A DNA stretch of 63,941 nt, the filler included. It is 8 parts of 8 records of this genome, joined end to end, with 100 filler letters (N's around TTAATTAATTAA, not from the genome) between each part and the next. Parts side by side here need not be neighbours in the genome. Positions count along the whole stretch, not along the records: positions 34,252 to 38,435 come from SRR7504441_8; positions 38,536 to 45,374 come from SRR7504441_9; positions 45,475 to 56,596 come from SRR7504441_11; 5 more parts are not named here. One strand, given 5' to 3'. Below the pieces are notes generated by a model, which worked only from the letters and a program-made list of their open reading frames with translations, ran no database searches and had not been told where the DNA came from. Shown one piece after another: positions 37,201 through 48,657 of the stretch. Position 1 is the stretch's first letter. Every line of letters begins with the position of its first letter. The position numbers and the translations under genes are program-made.

Positions 37201-38435
37201 ATATCCCATTTTTCTGAGCTCAAGCCTGTTTGCAGGCGCTGCATCTCCCACAGGAAAGTGTGCCCCTGGATACTACTGTGATCCTGGGTCAATTGGCCCG
37301 ATGCAGACCCCATGCCCGGCTGGGCGCTATCGGAATCTCACCGGAGGGATGCATTCTCAAGCCTGTGCCGTCTGCATTGCTGGTCATACTTGCCCAGAAG
37401 CCTCGAGCAGGGGAGAGATATGCCCAGCTGGCCACTATTGTGTTACTGGGGCCCAAACTCCAGAGCCCTGCCCAATAGGATCTTATGGCGCAGCACCTGG
37501 TCTTCGGCGCAGTACTGACTGTACACCGTGCCCTGGGGGGTCTTTCTGCCATGGTCTTGGCCTTACCACACCAACTGGTGGTTGCGATCCAGGCTACTAT
37601 TGCTTGCAGTCAGCATATCAATCAGCACCTATCGGACCACCAACAGGAGGCAAGTGCACCCCTGGAGGAGTGTGCCCTTTCGCCTCATCTTCACCGCAGG
37701 CATGCCCTGCTGGTACATACAACAATTTCAGTGGTGCTGAGCACTCAAACGACTGTCAGGCTTGTCTACCAGGGAAGTTCTGCTCTGGGACAACAGATCC
37801 GCATCCTTCTGGCGACTGTCAACCGGGCTATGTGTGTGCTAGTCGATTTGACAATCTGACAAATAGATTTATCGGTGCCATCAGAGCAGATGAGGTTGCC
37901 ACCCCTCCTGGCACGTTTAGTCTAGCAGGCGCCTACGCGCCAACGCCATGCCCAGCTGGAACTTACCAGAACGTGAGTGCACAAGACCGTTGCCTTCCGA
38001 CTCCAGCTGGATATTTCTCGCCACAAGGTACTTTTGATTTTACACAATATGTTTGTACAGCTGGCAACTACTGCCCTGTTGGTACACAGCATGCACAGCA
38101 ATATCCTTGTCCAAGTGGAACAGCAAGTGATCTGGTGGGACTCCAAAAACAGGAGCAATGTCCAAGCTGTCCACCTGGCTCCTACTGTGAAACAGCTGGC
38201 CTTTTACAGCCCACTGGGTTGTGTCGCAAAGGCTACTACTGGACAAAGGACATGCGCAGTGCGTGATGTGCCCACCAGGTGGTCACCCGCACTTGATTTT
38301 TGTGTGACCCAGTGTGACAGGACACTTTTGTGCTGAGGCTGACATTTGTGCCACTGGAACAAATACCTCCACTGTCAGCTTCAATGGAACAAATGCCTCC
38401 ATCGTCAGCTTTAACCAGACAATAACCTGGCCAGT
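34252..38435 (+). CDS. Internal fragment of a very large Cys-rich repeat protein (GCC2/GCC3, ephrin-receptor-like CPxGxYC repeats)
   Basis: Dozens of CPAG(Y/H/T)(Y/F)C and CxxCPxG units; introns 35566-35690, 36283-36336, 36546-36590, 37155-37235 and ~38279-38320; open at both contig ends; apparent frame break near 38240. Confidence 0.85.
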
Positions 38436-38535
38436 NNNNNNNNNNNNNNNNNNNNNNNNNNNNNNNNNNNNNNNNNNNNTTAATTAATTAANNNNNNNNN
38501 NNNNNNNNNNNNNNNNNNNNNNNNNNNNNNNNNNN
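38436..38535. other. Artificial contig-joining spacer
   Basis: 44 N + TTAATTAATTAA + 44 N. Confidence 0.98.
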
Positions 38536-39048
38536 TGGCTTGGGGGCGGCAGCTGGCTTGGGGGCAGGCTTGGGAGCCGCCTTCACCGGCTTGGCGGCCG
38601 GCTTGGGTGCGGGGCTTTCCAGCTCCTGGACCTGTGCCTGCTCCTCGGCCGCCTCCACGCGCTTTTGGAATCTGCGGGCTTGGTCGGCCTGGGCCTTGGA
38701 CGGGCCTGGGTCCGAGTTCATGTCCTTGGCCTGGGCCAGGAACTGGGCATAGGTCAGGTGCACCCCGGAGCTCATCTCGTCGTTTGAGCCGGAGGAGGTG
38801 TCCCCCTGCTCGTCCACGTCGAACTCGTCGTCCGCCGCCGCCACCGCCCGGGCCCGCCGCTGCTCCGGGCTCTCCCGGTGCCGGAACTGGTCGTGGCCGG
38901 CGATGGCGCCCGCCAGGCCGCTCCGATCCAGCTTGAAGGCCGACGCCGGCTGGCTGTCGTCGAGCGATCCGTACCCGTGCTCGAACGGAGCTCCGGCCGT
39001 CAGCCCGACGCCAAGCATTAAGAGCACGAGAAAACTTGAGCGCTCCAT
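38536..39048 (-). CDS. Secreted protein with Pro/Ala/Lys (PKPAA) repeats; 3' truncated
   Basis: Signal peptide MERSSFLVLLMLGVGLTAG from ATG 39048 (an upstream in-frame start at 39078 is possible); PAPKPAAKPVKAAPKPAPKP repeats run into the spacer. Confidence 0.7.
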
Positions 39049-39139
39049 TGGGTTGTTTTTGATGAAAATAAGGTCCAACCGTAGAAATGAATATTATTTA
39101 TTTAGCCCTGGCGTTGAGACTACCTCAAACTAAAATGCA

Positions 39140-42100
39140 ATGAAGTTGGCGAGGTGTGTCGTCCTGGCGATAGTAGCGGCCACGCTGCAATCGGACGGCT
39201 TGCCGGTGGATGACGCCGGTGCGTATCCCTCCGCCGGTGGCTTACGGGGGGACAGGCGCGGTGGGCCGGCTGCTGCTGGCGACGGAGCTGCCGGCCGGCG
39301 AGCAGGCGGCGGGGCTGCGGGTGGATCAGTCCAAGGCCCGGGCGGCGTACGAGCGCTCGCTCGACGAGCTCAAGAAGCTGAACGAGCAAGTCCAGCAGGC
39401 CGAGGAGGCCAAGAAGAGCGCGGCCAAAGAGGTTGCCACCCTGGGCGACAAGCTCAAGGAGGCCGAGAAGGCCGAGCGGGACAAGGACGGGCAGGTCAAG
39501 CAAGAGGAAGCCAACGTGCGCCAACTGGCCGCCCAACTGGCCGAATCGACAAAGGAGCGGGAGGAGCTTCGGGCGGAGCTCTCCAAGATTCGGTTAGCTG
39601 ACCAGCCGGAGCCGGAGGACAGCCAGCCGCTGACCGTGGAGGCCAAGCAGGCCGCCAGCCTGGCCCGCAAGAAGGCGGCCGAGGCGCAGGCCGCGGCCCA
39701 GGAGGCGGCCGACAAGGCGGGCGCGGTGCGGGACGCGGCCAAGAGCGCGGCCAAGAAGGAGGCGAAGGTGCAGGCGGCGCAGGAGGAGCTGGACGTGCGG
39801 CGGAAGGCGGCGCAGGAGGAGCAGCTGCAAGTGCAGGAACTGGAGATGCAGGTCAAGGCTGCCAAGGCCGAGTCCGACAAGCTGGTCGAGAAGGAAGCCA
39901 GCCAGAAGAAGAGCCTGCTTCAGGCCGAGGGCGCGGCAGAGACCAACAAGAAGAGCCTGCAAGATGCCGAGGCCCAGGAGCAAGCCTCGGACCGGCAACT
40001 CAAGCGCAAGGCCGAGCAGGCCGAGCAGCTGGAGCAAAAGGCCCTGGCGGCTGCGAGCGCCATGAAAGAGCGGCAGAGCGCTGCCAACCAGCTGAGCGCG
40101 CAGGTGGCTGATCAGACGGAGCGGGTGCACAAGGTGGAGGCCAAAGCCACCGAGCAGAAGGGGGAGGCTGTCAAAGCCGCAGCCCCGGTGGCGGCCTCCA
40201 ACATCGAGATCGCCGCGGCTGAGAGCAAGCTTGACTCGGTGCGCCAGGATCTCAAGTCTGCCAGGCACGCGCTCGGTGAGATCAAGAGCGAGATTGGCAG
40301 GCTCGAGCTCCAGAAGAGCAAGCTGGCCCAGCAGCTGGACCAGGCCGAGACAAAGCTCCAGATCCAGGAGCGCCAACGGACCGACGCTCAGACCGAGGCC
40401 AGAGTGGCCCAGAGCAAGCTTGCCGATGTGAGCAGCAGGATGGAAGCAAAGAAGAAAGCGGCCACACGGGCGAGTGCAATGGCGGCCTCCAAGCTGCAGA
40501 AGGAGGAGGATTGCGACGAGAGCGTCGCCAAGGCCGTGTCGGCGTATCAGAAGGCCGATGCAGAGAGGCTGGACAGCAAGGTCAAAGCCGAAGGAGAGAA
40601 GCTGGCTGAAACAGCCAGCAAGCAATCCTCGATTGCGGACAAGCTGGCCGCTGCCGAGCAGAAGCTGTCGACCGCAAAGGCCAAAAAGCAGGAGGTTGAC
40701 GCGTCAGTCAGTTCAGCAGCCGATCAGCTCGATCAGGATGCGCAATCAGCAGGCGAGCAAACGGCAGCGGCGGAGGCCCGTGAGCAGCAGGCCAAGGGCC
40801 AGCAGGTGGCAGCCAAGATCGAGGCCGAAGAGGCGCTCAAGGAGGCCGATCGAGTGGACAAGAAGCACCAGAAGGAGGCCAATGAGAGCGCCAAGAAGCT
40901 GGATGCCAAGATTGCGCAGGTCGATCAGCAACTGACAAGAGCCAGGGCTCAGCTGGTGCGGGCCGAGGACCGTTACAGCCAACTGCAGCAGAAGCTGCTC
41001 GGAGTCAAGCAGGCGAGCTCCGGGGCTGAGCAACAGGAAGCCGCAGAGCAGTCCGTGGCAGCCCAGGCCCAGTCAGAGCTGACACAGATGGCGGCCAAGC
41101 GCGACAGCTCCCAGGCGGCGCTGCAGACTCTGCAGGCTGCCGTGGCGGATCCAGCTGAGAAGCAGACGACACAGCTCGAAGCCAAAGCTGAGCAGGCGCT
41201 TGAGAAAGACCAGGCTGCGATCGACCAGTTGGAGGCCAATCTGCAGGCAAACCAGCAAAAGCTTGATTCGGCGCTTGGTGCTGCTCGTGAGGCGACAGCA
41301 GAGAAGGCCAGGATAAATGCAAAAGAGGAGGCGGCTGCTGAGACTGCCAAACAGGTAGCAGAGGAAGCAACAAAGCTGGAGAGGCAGGCTGCAACTGACA
41401 AGGAGGTGGCGGACCTAGAGCTGGTGGCTGCGGCCAAGGAGGGGAAGGCCGCAGCCAGCGACCCAGAAGCGGGCACTGCCAAAAAGGCCAAGGCGGCCGA
41501 GCAGGCTGTGGGGGTCAAACTGCAACAATCTAAGGCCAAGGCCGCAGCGCTGGCAACACAGGAAGAGCAGGCTGTCAAGCAGGCAGCTGAGGCCAAGGCA
41601 GAGCTGAAGCAAGCAGTCAGTCGGGCGGAGCAGGTCAAGCTGCAGGAGCAAAAGGAAGAGCAGGCGCAGCGCAAAATCGAGTCTGAGACATTCCAGGCTC
41701 GGCAACAACGTGACACAGACAAGCAAAAGGCTGGCGAGATGAAGCAGGTTGCAGCGGCCAAGAAGGACGAGGCTGCCAAGGCCGGACGCGAGGCTGCTGC
41801 CGCCAAGCGCGCTGAACAGGAGCTGAAAGACACGGAGGCCGAGGCAGAGCAGAAGAGCCAATCAGGCATGCAAAAGCTGGCCTCTGAGAAGACTAAGCTT
41901 AAAGAGGCAGAGAACAAAGTGGCTGGAGTTGCCGACAAGCTGGGCCGAGTGCAGGATCAACTCCAGGGGCTGAACATGCGCACTCATGAAGCTAAAGGTG
42001 AGGCAGCTGAGGCTCGCACCGAAATGGGAGCCCAGCAAAAGCGTCTGGTTAAGGCCAAAGCCAATTTGAAGGCAGGCAAGCAAGCAGTGGTTCAGCAAGC

Positions 42101-45100
42101 CAAGGAGAAGACGCTAGCAGCCGAGGAAGTCAAAGCAGCCAAGCAGAATTTGGACACGGCGCGTGAAAGGTATACAGATATGCAAACCAAATACCAAAAG
42201 CTGCAGGCACAGAAAAGCAAGGCCACAGAGAAGGTGGCTGACCAACAAATCAAGCTTGATGACATGGTTAGCACTCAGCAGATGGACTCCAAAGATGTGG
42301 AAGCCGCTAAGGATGAGGAACGGCAGGGCAGGGATGCACTTCTGGTAGCAAAAAGTGCCGTCAAGGATGCATCAAATATGGCCAAGAGCAAAGCTGAGAA
42401 AGCGAAGAAAGCCCGTGAGGATGCAAAAGCAGAACAGGTTGCCGCCAAGGGAGCTGTCCGCGCAGCCAAGGAGGCTGCTGAGCAGCAGAAGGAATGCTCT
42501 GAGAGCAAGCAACAGCTTGCACATGCCGAGGCCGCGCAGGAGGCAGCCAGTCTGGAGGTGGAGGCATCTCGATCCGCATACTCCAAGATACAGAATCTAG
42601 CTCAGACCCTCCGACATGAGGCAAACGAGTATGCCGATGCCAAGAATGCGGATGGGCCTGAGTCTCAGGGTGACATTTCCAAACGGGCAGCTAAGGCCAA
42701 CCTCAAGGCTGAGCTTCTGAAGGTCAAAGCCAAGCTTGACGCATCATTGGCTCATGCAGACGCCAACTATGAAACAATGCGGGCCTCAGCAGAGCTTCTC
42801 ACCAGCAAGGCTGAAAGGTACAAAACACATGCAGTCACCGCACGAAACCATGCAGACACTGCAACCAGCGACCTTAAGCATGCTGAGCATGAGGGTCAGC
42901 AGACGATCAAGGAGCTTGAGGCAGCCAAGGCGGAGAGCACCAGGGTGTGCAATGCAGCCAAGGAGCAGGAGATGAAGCTCCCAGATGTGCCAGCCACACC
43001 TAGCTCTGGTGAAATGAAGAAGGACGCCACAGCCACTGCAACTCCAGGGCGCATGCTGCTGCAGGACACGCGCCCAGAGACAGACGCCACTGTTGAGATT
43101 CCTGTGGACGATCAGACCTCAACAGAATCCTCTCTAAGGAAAACGGCAGCTGAGCAAAAATGTGAGATGTCGAAAAAAGCCACCAGTTTGAAGCAAGCCA
43201 TTGTCGATAAACAGAAGACGAAGGTTGCTGAACTGAAGAAGAAGGTTGCTGACCTCCAGACAGTTGCAAAGAAAAAGGAAAGCTGGGTCAAGGAGAATGA
43301 GGAGAAGGCAGCCAAGCAGACCAAGTCAGCTGAGGAGGCCAAGGCAGATGCCATACGACAAGCCCAAGCCAAAGCTAAGGTGGGAGAGAAGCTGGCCAAC
43401 AAGGCTGCAAAAAGAGCACTCGACAAGGGGGCTGCCGCAGATGTGGCAGCCGCAGAGATGACCAAGGAAGAGGTGGACAAACTGCTCGAGCAGAAGTCCC
43501 AACTGGCCCAGGACGAGGCAACCAAAGCTGTTGAACAGGCAAAACAAGATTTTGATGTTGCCATTGCAGCAGCTGAGGAGGCTCGTGGCAGCTGCCAAGG
43601 AGACTCTTCGCAGTGTGACCAGGTACTGCTAGATGCCAAGGCACAGGCAGAGTCAGCAAAGCTCCGGGCAACTGGAGCTGCATTTGATCGACAAGCCGAG
43701 CAGGTTGCTGCTGCTGCAGCTGAGCAAGGTGATGTAGCAAAGACCACTGCACAGATGGATCCACGTGTAGATGCAGCCAAGGAACGGATTGCCACAGCCA
43801 TGGCTGATCTCAAAGGGAAGCAGGAGGCAGTCACGGCCAAGAAAGATCTCCTGGCTGGGAAAGCTTGCAGCGGGGTCTCGGCAGCTGCAATGAAAAGCCA
43901 AGCAGATGAGGCACAAGCCAAAGCGGAGCTGGCCACGCAGAAAGCTTCCTCAGAGGCGACTGCTGTCCAACAGCAGGATCAGGCTCAGGTTGCGGAGGCA
44001 GCAAAGCAGGCAACAGAAGCAGCAGGCCAAGCCAAGGCTAAGCTATCCGCAGTGCAGGCCAAATTGCAGGCAGTGACTAAGAGCACAGACCAGCAGAAGG
44101 CCACACTAGCCGCGGCACAGAAGTTAAAAGACAGCCTCAGCACAGAAGTGGCAAAGGCCTTGAGTGAGATGAAAGGAGCTCAGGCCAAGCTCAAGAAGGC
44201 AACCAAGAGTTACCAAGACGCGCAGATGAAGCTCAGACAGGTGCAGGACAGAGCTGAGGCAGCAAAGGCTGAGGTCACATCAGTCAACACTTTGGTTGAC
44301 CAGGTGCAGAATGACGTTGACACTTCCAAGAGCCTGGTGGAGAAAAACAAGCAGCAGCTGGCTGAACTGAAGTCAAGACAGGCCACGGAGGGCGCCATGG
44401 TCAAGAAACTTACAGATGAAAAGATTGCAGTGCAAGACAAGACAGTTGCTCTCCAAGGAGAAGTGGAAGCGTCAAAGATTGCTGAGGCTGAAGCTCAGAA
44501 GAAAGTTAACAAAATCAAGCAGGACCTGGGCAGCGCAGAAGATGTAGCCAAAGCAGCCACGCAGGCTGCCTCTACTACTAAGAAGTTTGCTGAGCAGGCC
44601 GCTGAGCAGTTTGAGGGCCAAGAAAAGGCTTGGAAAGTCGAGAATAGCAAAGTGCAAGAGCTCAAACAATCTGCAGGCATGGTAGCTCGGCAAATCAAGC
44701 TGGCCAAGGAATCAGCCAAGGAAGCTTCCAGCGCAAATCATGCCAAGGCGCAGGCTTTAAAACAACTGGAGCAGAAAGCAGATGCTTCGCAGCAAGCGGC
44801 AGCTACTGCAAAGAATGAGGCGAACGAGCTAACAAGCGAGGAGAAGAACTTGGCATCAGTGTCTGAGGCGGCGACCAGCATGCGGGAGAAGGCTCTTGCC
44901 GTCAAAGACAAGGCTGCTTACAAGGCCAAGCAGGACAAGCAGAATGCTGACGACGAGGAAGCTGACGCTGCCAAGAAATTGGAAGCTGCAAAAGCTAAAC
45001 AAGGAGAAGCTGCCAAAGCCAAGGGTGTGTTGGATCAGATGAAAGCTGAACAGAAGAAGATAGGAGAGAGGGCCAATGCTGCCAGGGAAGCGGAGAATGT

Positions 45101-45374
45101 CGCCAAGGGCGCAGTGGAGCAATACACAAAGGAGCTTGAAGAGGCTAGATTCGAGAAAGCAGCTGCTCAGGATGCAGTGGACAATGCAAGAGAGCAAGCA
45201 ACAACAGCAGCTAAGGCTGCTGAAGAGGAGAAGTCACGGTTTGCTGAGGCCAAAGCATCTGAGCAAGAGTCTCAGAAGTCATATGATCAAGCCAAAGCGG
45301 CGGCAGCCAAGGCCAACGCCTCGGTAGAGGAACTGCGGGCGTCGAGACAAAGTGCTGTGGAGGCCAGTGACAAC
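39140..45374 (+). CDS. Secreted >2,060-aa Ala/Lys/Glu/Gln-rich coiled-coil protein; 3' truncated
   Basis: Signal peptide MKLARCVVLAIVAATLQSDG joined by a 37-nt intron (39219-39255) to the 6.1-kb ORF; almost entirely helix-forming A/K/E/Q sequence with few Cys. Confidence 0.85.
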
Positions 45375-45474
45375 NNNNNNNNNNNNNNNNNNNNNNNNNN
45401 NNNNNNNNNNNNNNNNNNTTAATTAATTAANNNNNNNNNNNNNNNNNNNNNNNNNNNNNNNNNNNNNNNNNNNN
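45375..45474. other. Artificial contig-joining spacer
   Basis: 44 N + TTAATTAATTAA + 44 N. Confidence 0.98.
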
Positions 45475-45512
45475 AATTTAAGACAGATTCATTACATTTA
45501 ATCGATCGATCA

Positions 45513-48500
45513 TCAATACCATCTACGCACATGGTCGTGTTGTGAGGCCATTGAAAACCTATCTGTTGACTCACGACTTTGAGGTTTCACAGTCCAAATG
45601 GTTCTCCAGTCGACAGAGGTCGGATCTTGACGCGCAAATTCAGGCCTGGGAGGAAGCAACCCCAACTCGGCCTTTTCTCGGACAAGCTGACCTGTGGGGC
45701 CGTATGGGCTGTAACGCACAATGTTTTCAAGCAATGCATACCATCGGAAGAGCTGTGAAAGTGGCTTATATACCAAGGGGTACAGAAAGTAAATCAGCGC
45801 TGGGCTCTTAAGATCGCTGCGATGCTTCAAGCATTTGATATGCCAAACAAGCAGCAAGAGCCATTCAAGTGCAATCAGGAAGAAGATCCACTGGAACAAG
45901 TGGATCTGGCCTTCAGGGTAGGTGAACAGATAAACAAAGAAGAAGATTCGGACCCAATCCTGAAAAATGTTGAACACCTGGCCAGCATACCATCAGTCAA
46001 CTGAGTGTGGTCCTAAAATACACAAGAGACCTCGAGCAAGAAGAAGGGCTTGAGGACTAGAGTACCGAGACCTCCACACCACTGGAACAGCAGGATTTTA
46101 ATGAATTTGAGGGTCATCCGATGTGATGTGACGTCCCAACTTTTCACGCGCTGCTGCCATAGTTGAAGAGTGTAGTCTGGCGGAGCAGTGTGCACCAACT
46201 CCCTAGGCTGATGCTTGATCTTGTACCCCTGCTTCATGCCGTGCAGAATCAGGCCCATCTGCAAATCTTCGCCGTTGAATATGCAGTCATGATTCCACAG
46301 GATACTTGACAACAGAATCGGGCGTTTCCACAGCGCAATAGCCCCATGGCAAGCAAGTGTGGTGCCATAAGAACTCTGTAATTGCTTGAAGAAGCCAGCC
46401 AATAGATATTCTAGGTTCTGGAAAGCAACAAGTTGGTTATCGAGATAATGCCGTGCATTCTTTTGCGCGTCTGCAATATTGACCGCTGAAATCCCATAAG
46501 CAATTGCTTGGATATCTGTTTCTGTTTCCATTTGTTTCAAGGGGAATTGGATTTCTCGTGGCAAACAGACATCGTCGTCAATCATCATAATGTATTTGAA
46601 CTTCGGGCACAGGCTTTGCTGCTCAAGCATTGGGATCCACGAGTCAAGCACCCAGAAAAAAGCGATTGTTTTGTTCCCAACTGGCAGGTAGACGTAATTG
46701 ATCCGTTCCAGCGTGGCCGGTTCACCAAGGCTCATCTGCTCCTGGTTCCAATCAGCCCACACATCCTCGACCAGGCGCCACGTCTCGTCGGGTGGGGCCA
46801 ATTCTCGTGCGTTGTCACATATGAAGATGTGGCTTGGCGGAAAGACCTGTAGTGCAGCTTTGAGCGCATCTTGCAAGCCCTGCCGTTTTTCCTTGGTGCA
46901 GTCGCAACGATGACAAGCAATCAAGAGTGCCACCTCGTGTCGGCTGCCACCATGCATGTGAGTCACATCATTTTTGTCCAGATTGTCCAGCATCTGGTGC
47001 CTCGAGCCCCGCGTGGGCCAGTCAATCTCCAGAATTGCCCAAACAAACAGCAAGTTTTCAAGAATCAATGCACCAAAACAGATGAAGTCATAAGCTCCAT
47101 ACTTGCTAAAGTCGCCAAATGGATTCAAATAGAAGACCCATGTACGGAGTCCTGAGTGAGTGTCAGAGGCCGATGGGGCAGGTGGGGCGAGTGAGAGGAA
47201 TAGGTACACCACCGCCATTCCCATCAGAAAGTGGACACAGTAGAAGCCAAGTCCACGGCCAGTGCACCCGAAGAACGTCTTTTCAGAGTCTTGGTGCGCC
47301 TTTTTCTGCTTTTCCCAGTCGTGAAGAGCTTGTGACCATTCCGGTGGGTGCCGGTCTGGTGGCATTGTCCCCATCATCACACCGCTGGTATCGTCACTGA
47401 GCACTTGCCCCTGGTGCTTGGTCTGGATTTCGGCCAGGATTTCTTTCCGCTCCTGCTGCTCTGACAGCTTATCTCGCCGCTTCTTGCGGATGAAAATGAA
47501 CTCTCCAATCACCCAGAGCGTTGCGAAACCGAGACACACAGCAAAGATGGTGCCGGTCTTCTTGTTGAGGTCGACCCGAAGCAGGTGGTCCAGGAAGGTC
47601 TCTTGCTTTCGCTGGAACAGATATTCCTCTGGCACTACCTGAAACTCGAGGCCGTCTCCCTCCCAAAACAGCTGGATGTGCGGGTAGATAGCTGGGCTCA
47701 TGTACTGCACCACGATGTCCACATAATCCCGGCCGTACAGGCAGCGGTCGCACTTGTTGTCATTGGTCGTCGTGTTAAGAATCGGACAATCGTTTAACCA
47801 GATGGTTGGCGACACGTCAATGTTGGAGAGGCGCGGCGACGAAGCTGCAGGAGCGTTGAAGACTTTGTTCATGCTAGTGGCGTCGCAGAACAAACTAGCC
47901 AGGCACCTGGCTTGCGATTCCTTATCTGCGATCCCCTGGCACACTCCACAGGCTAGGCACTGCTGCGGGCACACTTGATGGTCTGCTCTGTCCTTGCTCA
48001 GCGAAACCGGCAGTTGGGTGCACAGCACTGCAGGTGAGGTGGGCGGCCTCGCAATCCAGCGGTCCAGCGTGCCCGAACTTTGCCGTTGGCTGTACGCGTT
48101 GGCCACACGGCCCATCTGGACCATCTCCCCGTCAGACACCACCGTGAAGCTCAGCCGAGTGACGTAATCCGGGAGCCCGCCCACGTGCACCCGGCCGCGC
48201 CACTCCACCCCGAACTTCTTGGAGGTCTTGGCGTTGCCGTAGAACTGGTCCACGCAGGACTCGTAATCGTACTTGCCGAACGGCCAGTACTGGTGGTCTT
48301 GCTTGCCCCAGTGGAAGTCGAGGCGCTGGTCGGTCTGGGTGAAAGTCTCGCACGCCCCCCGGAACCAGTCCAGATTCAGATCCGAGTGGTAGTCGCTCTC
48401 CTTGCCGTATTGGAAGTAGGAGGCCTCGAGCCCGGACCCGTCCCGCACCGCGAACCACCAGTCGAACATCAGGCCCACAAAGGCCCAGACCGCGAACACG

Positions 48501-48577
48501 AGCAGCAAGACCACGCTGTCCCGGGCCACGGCCTTGAGCTGGGCCGGCTCCATCCCGCACAGGATCCGAGCCGCCAT
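45513..48577 (-). CDS. Membrane-integral processive GT2 glycosyltransferase (polysaccharide synthase-like) with N-terminal PA14-like domain, ~1,003 aa
   Basis: IFICDN, GNKT, MMIDDDV (DxD), GAIALW, NGEDL and QQRVKSW (QxxRW variant) motifs; several TM helices; PA14-like GLEASYF...FGVEWRGRV...QLFWEGDGLEFQVVPEEYLF; one intron 45978-46030 joins the two ORFs in frame. Confidence 0.85.
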
Positions 48578-48657
48578 AGCTCAGAGTGCAGCCAGGTGCC
48601 TGCCCTCCACCGAGAGCAAGCCTGCCCAACGGACTTTGGCGGAGGCGCCGTACCGTC
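48578..48657. promoter_or_regulatory. 80-bp divergent (bidirectional) promoter/5' UTR region
   Basis: Lies between head-to-head ATGs at 48577 (-) and 48658 (+). Confidence 0.55.

Noticed and set aside
48586-48657. Upstream GTG start given by the ORF track for the E1-E2 protein
   Set aside because: Eukaryotic gene; first ATG at 48658 sits just before the conserved ID...SRQ start of E1 enzymes.
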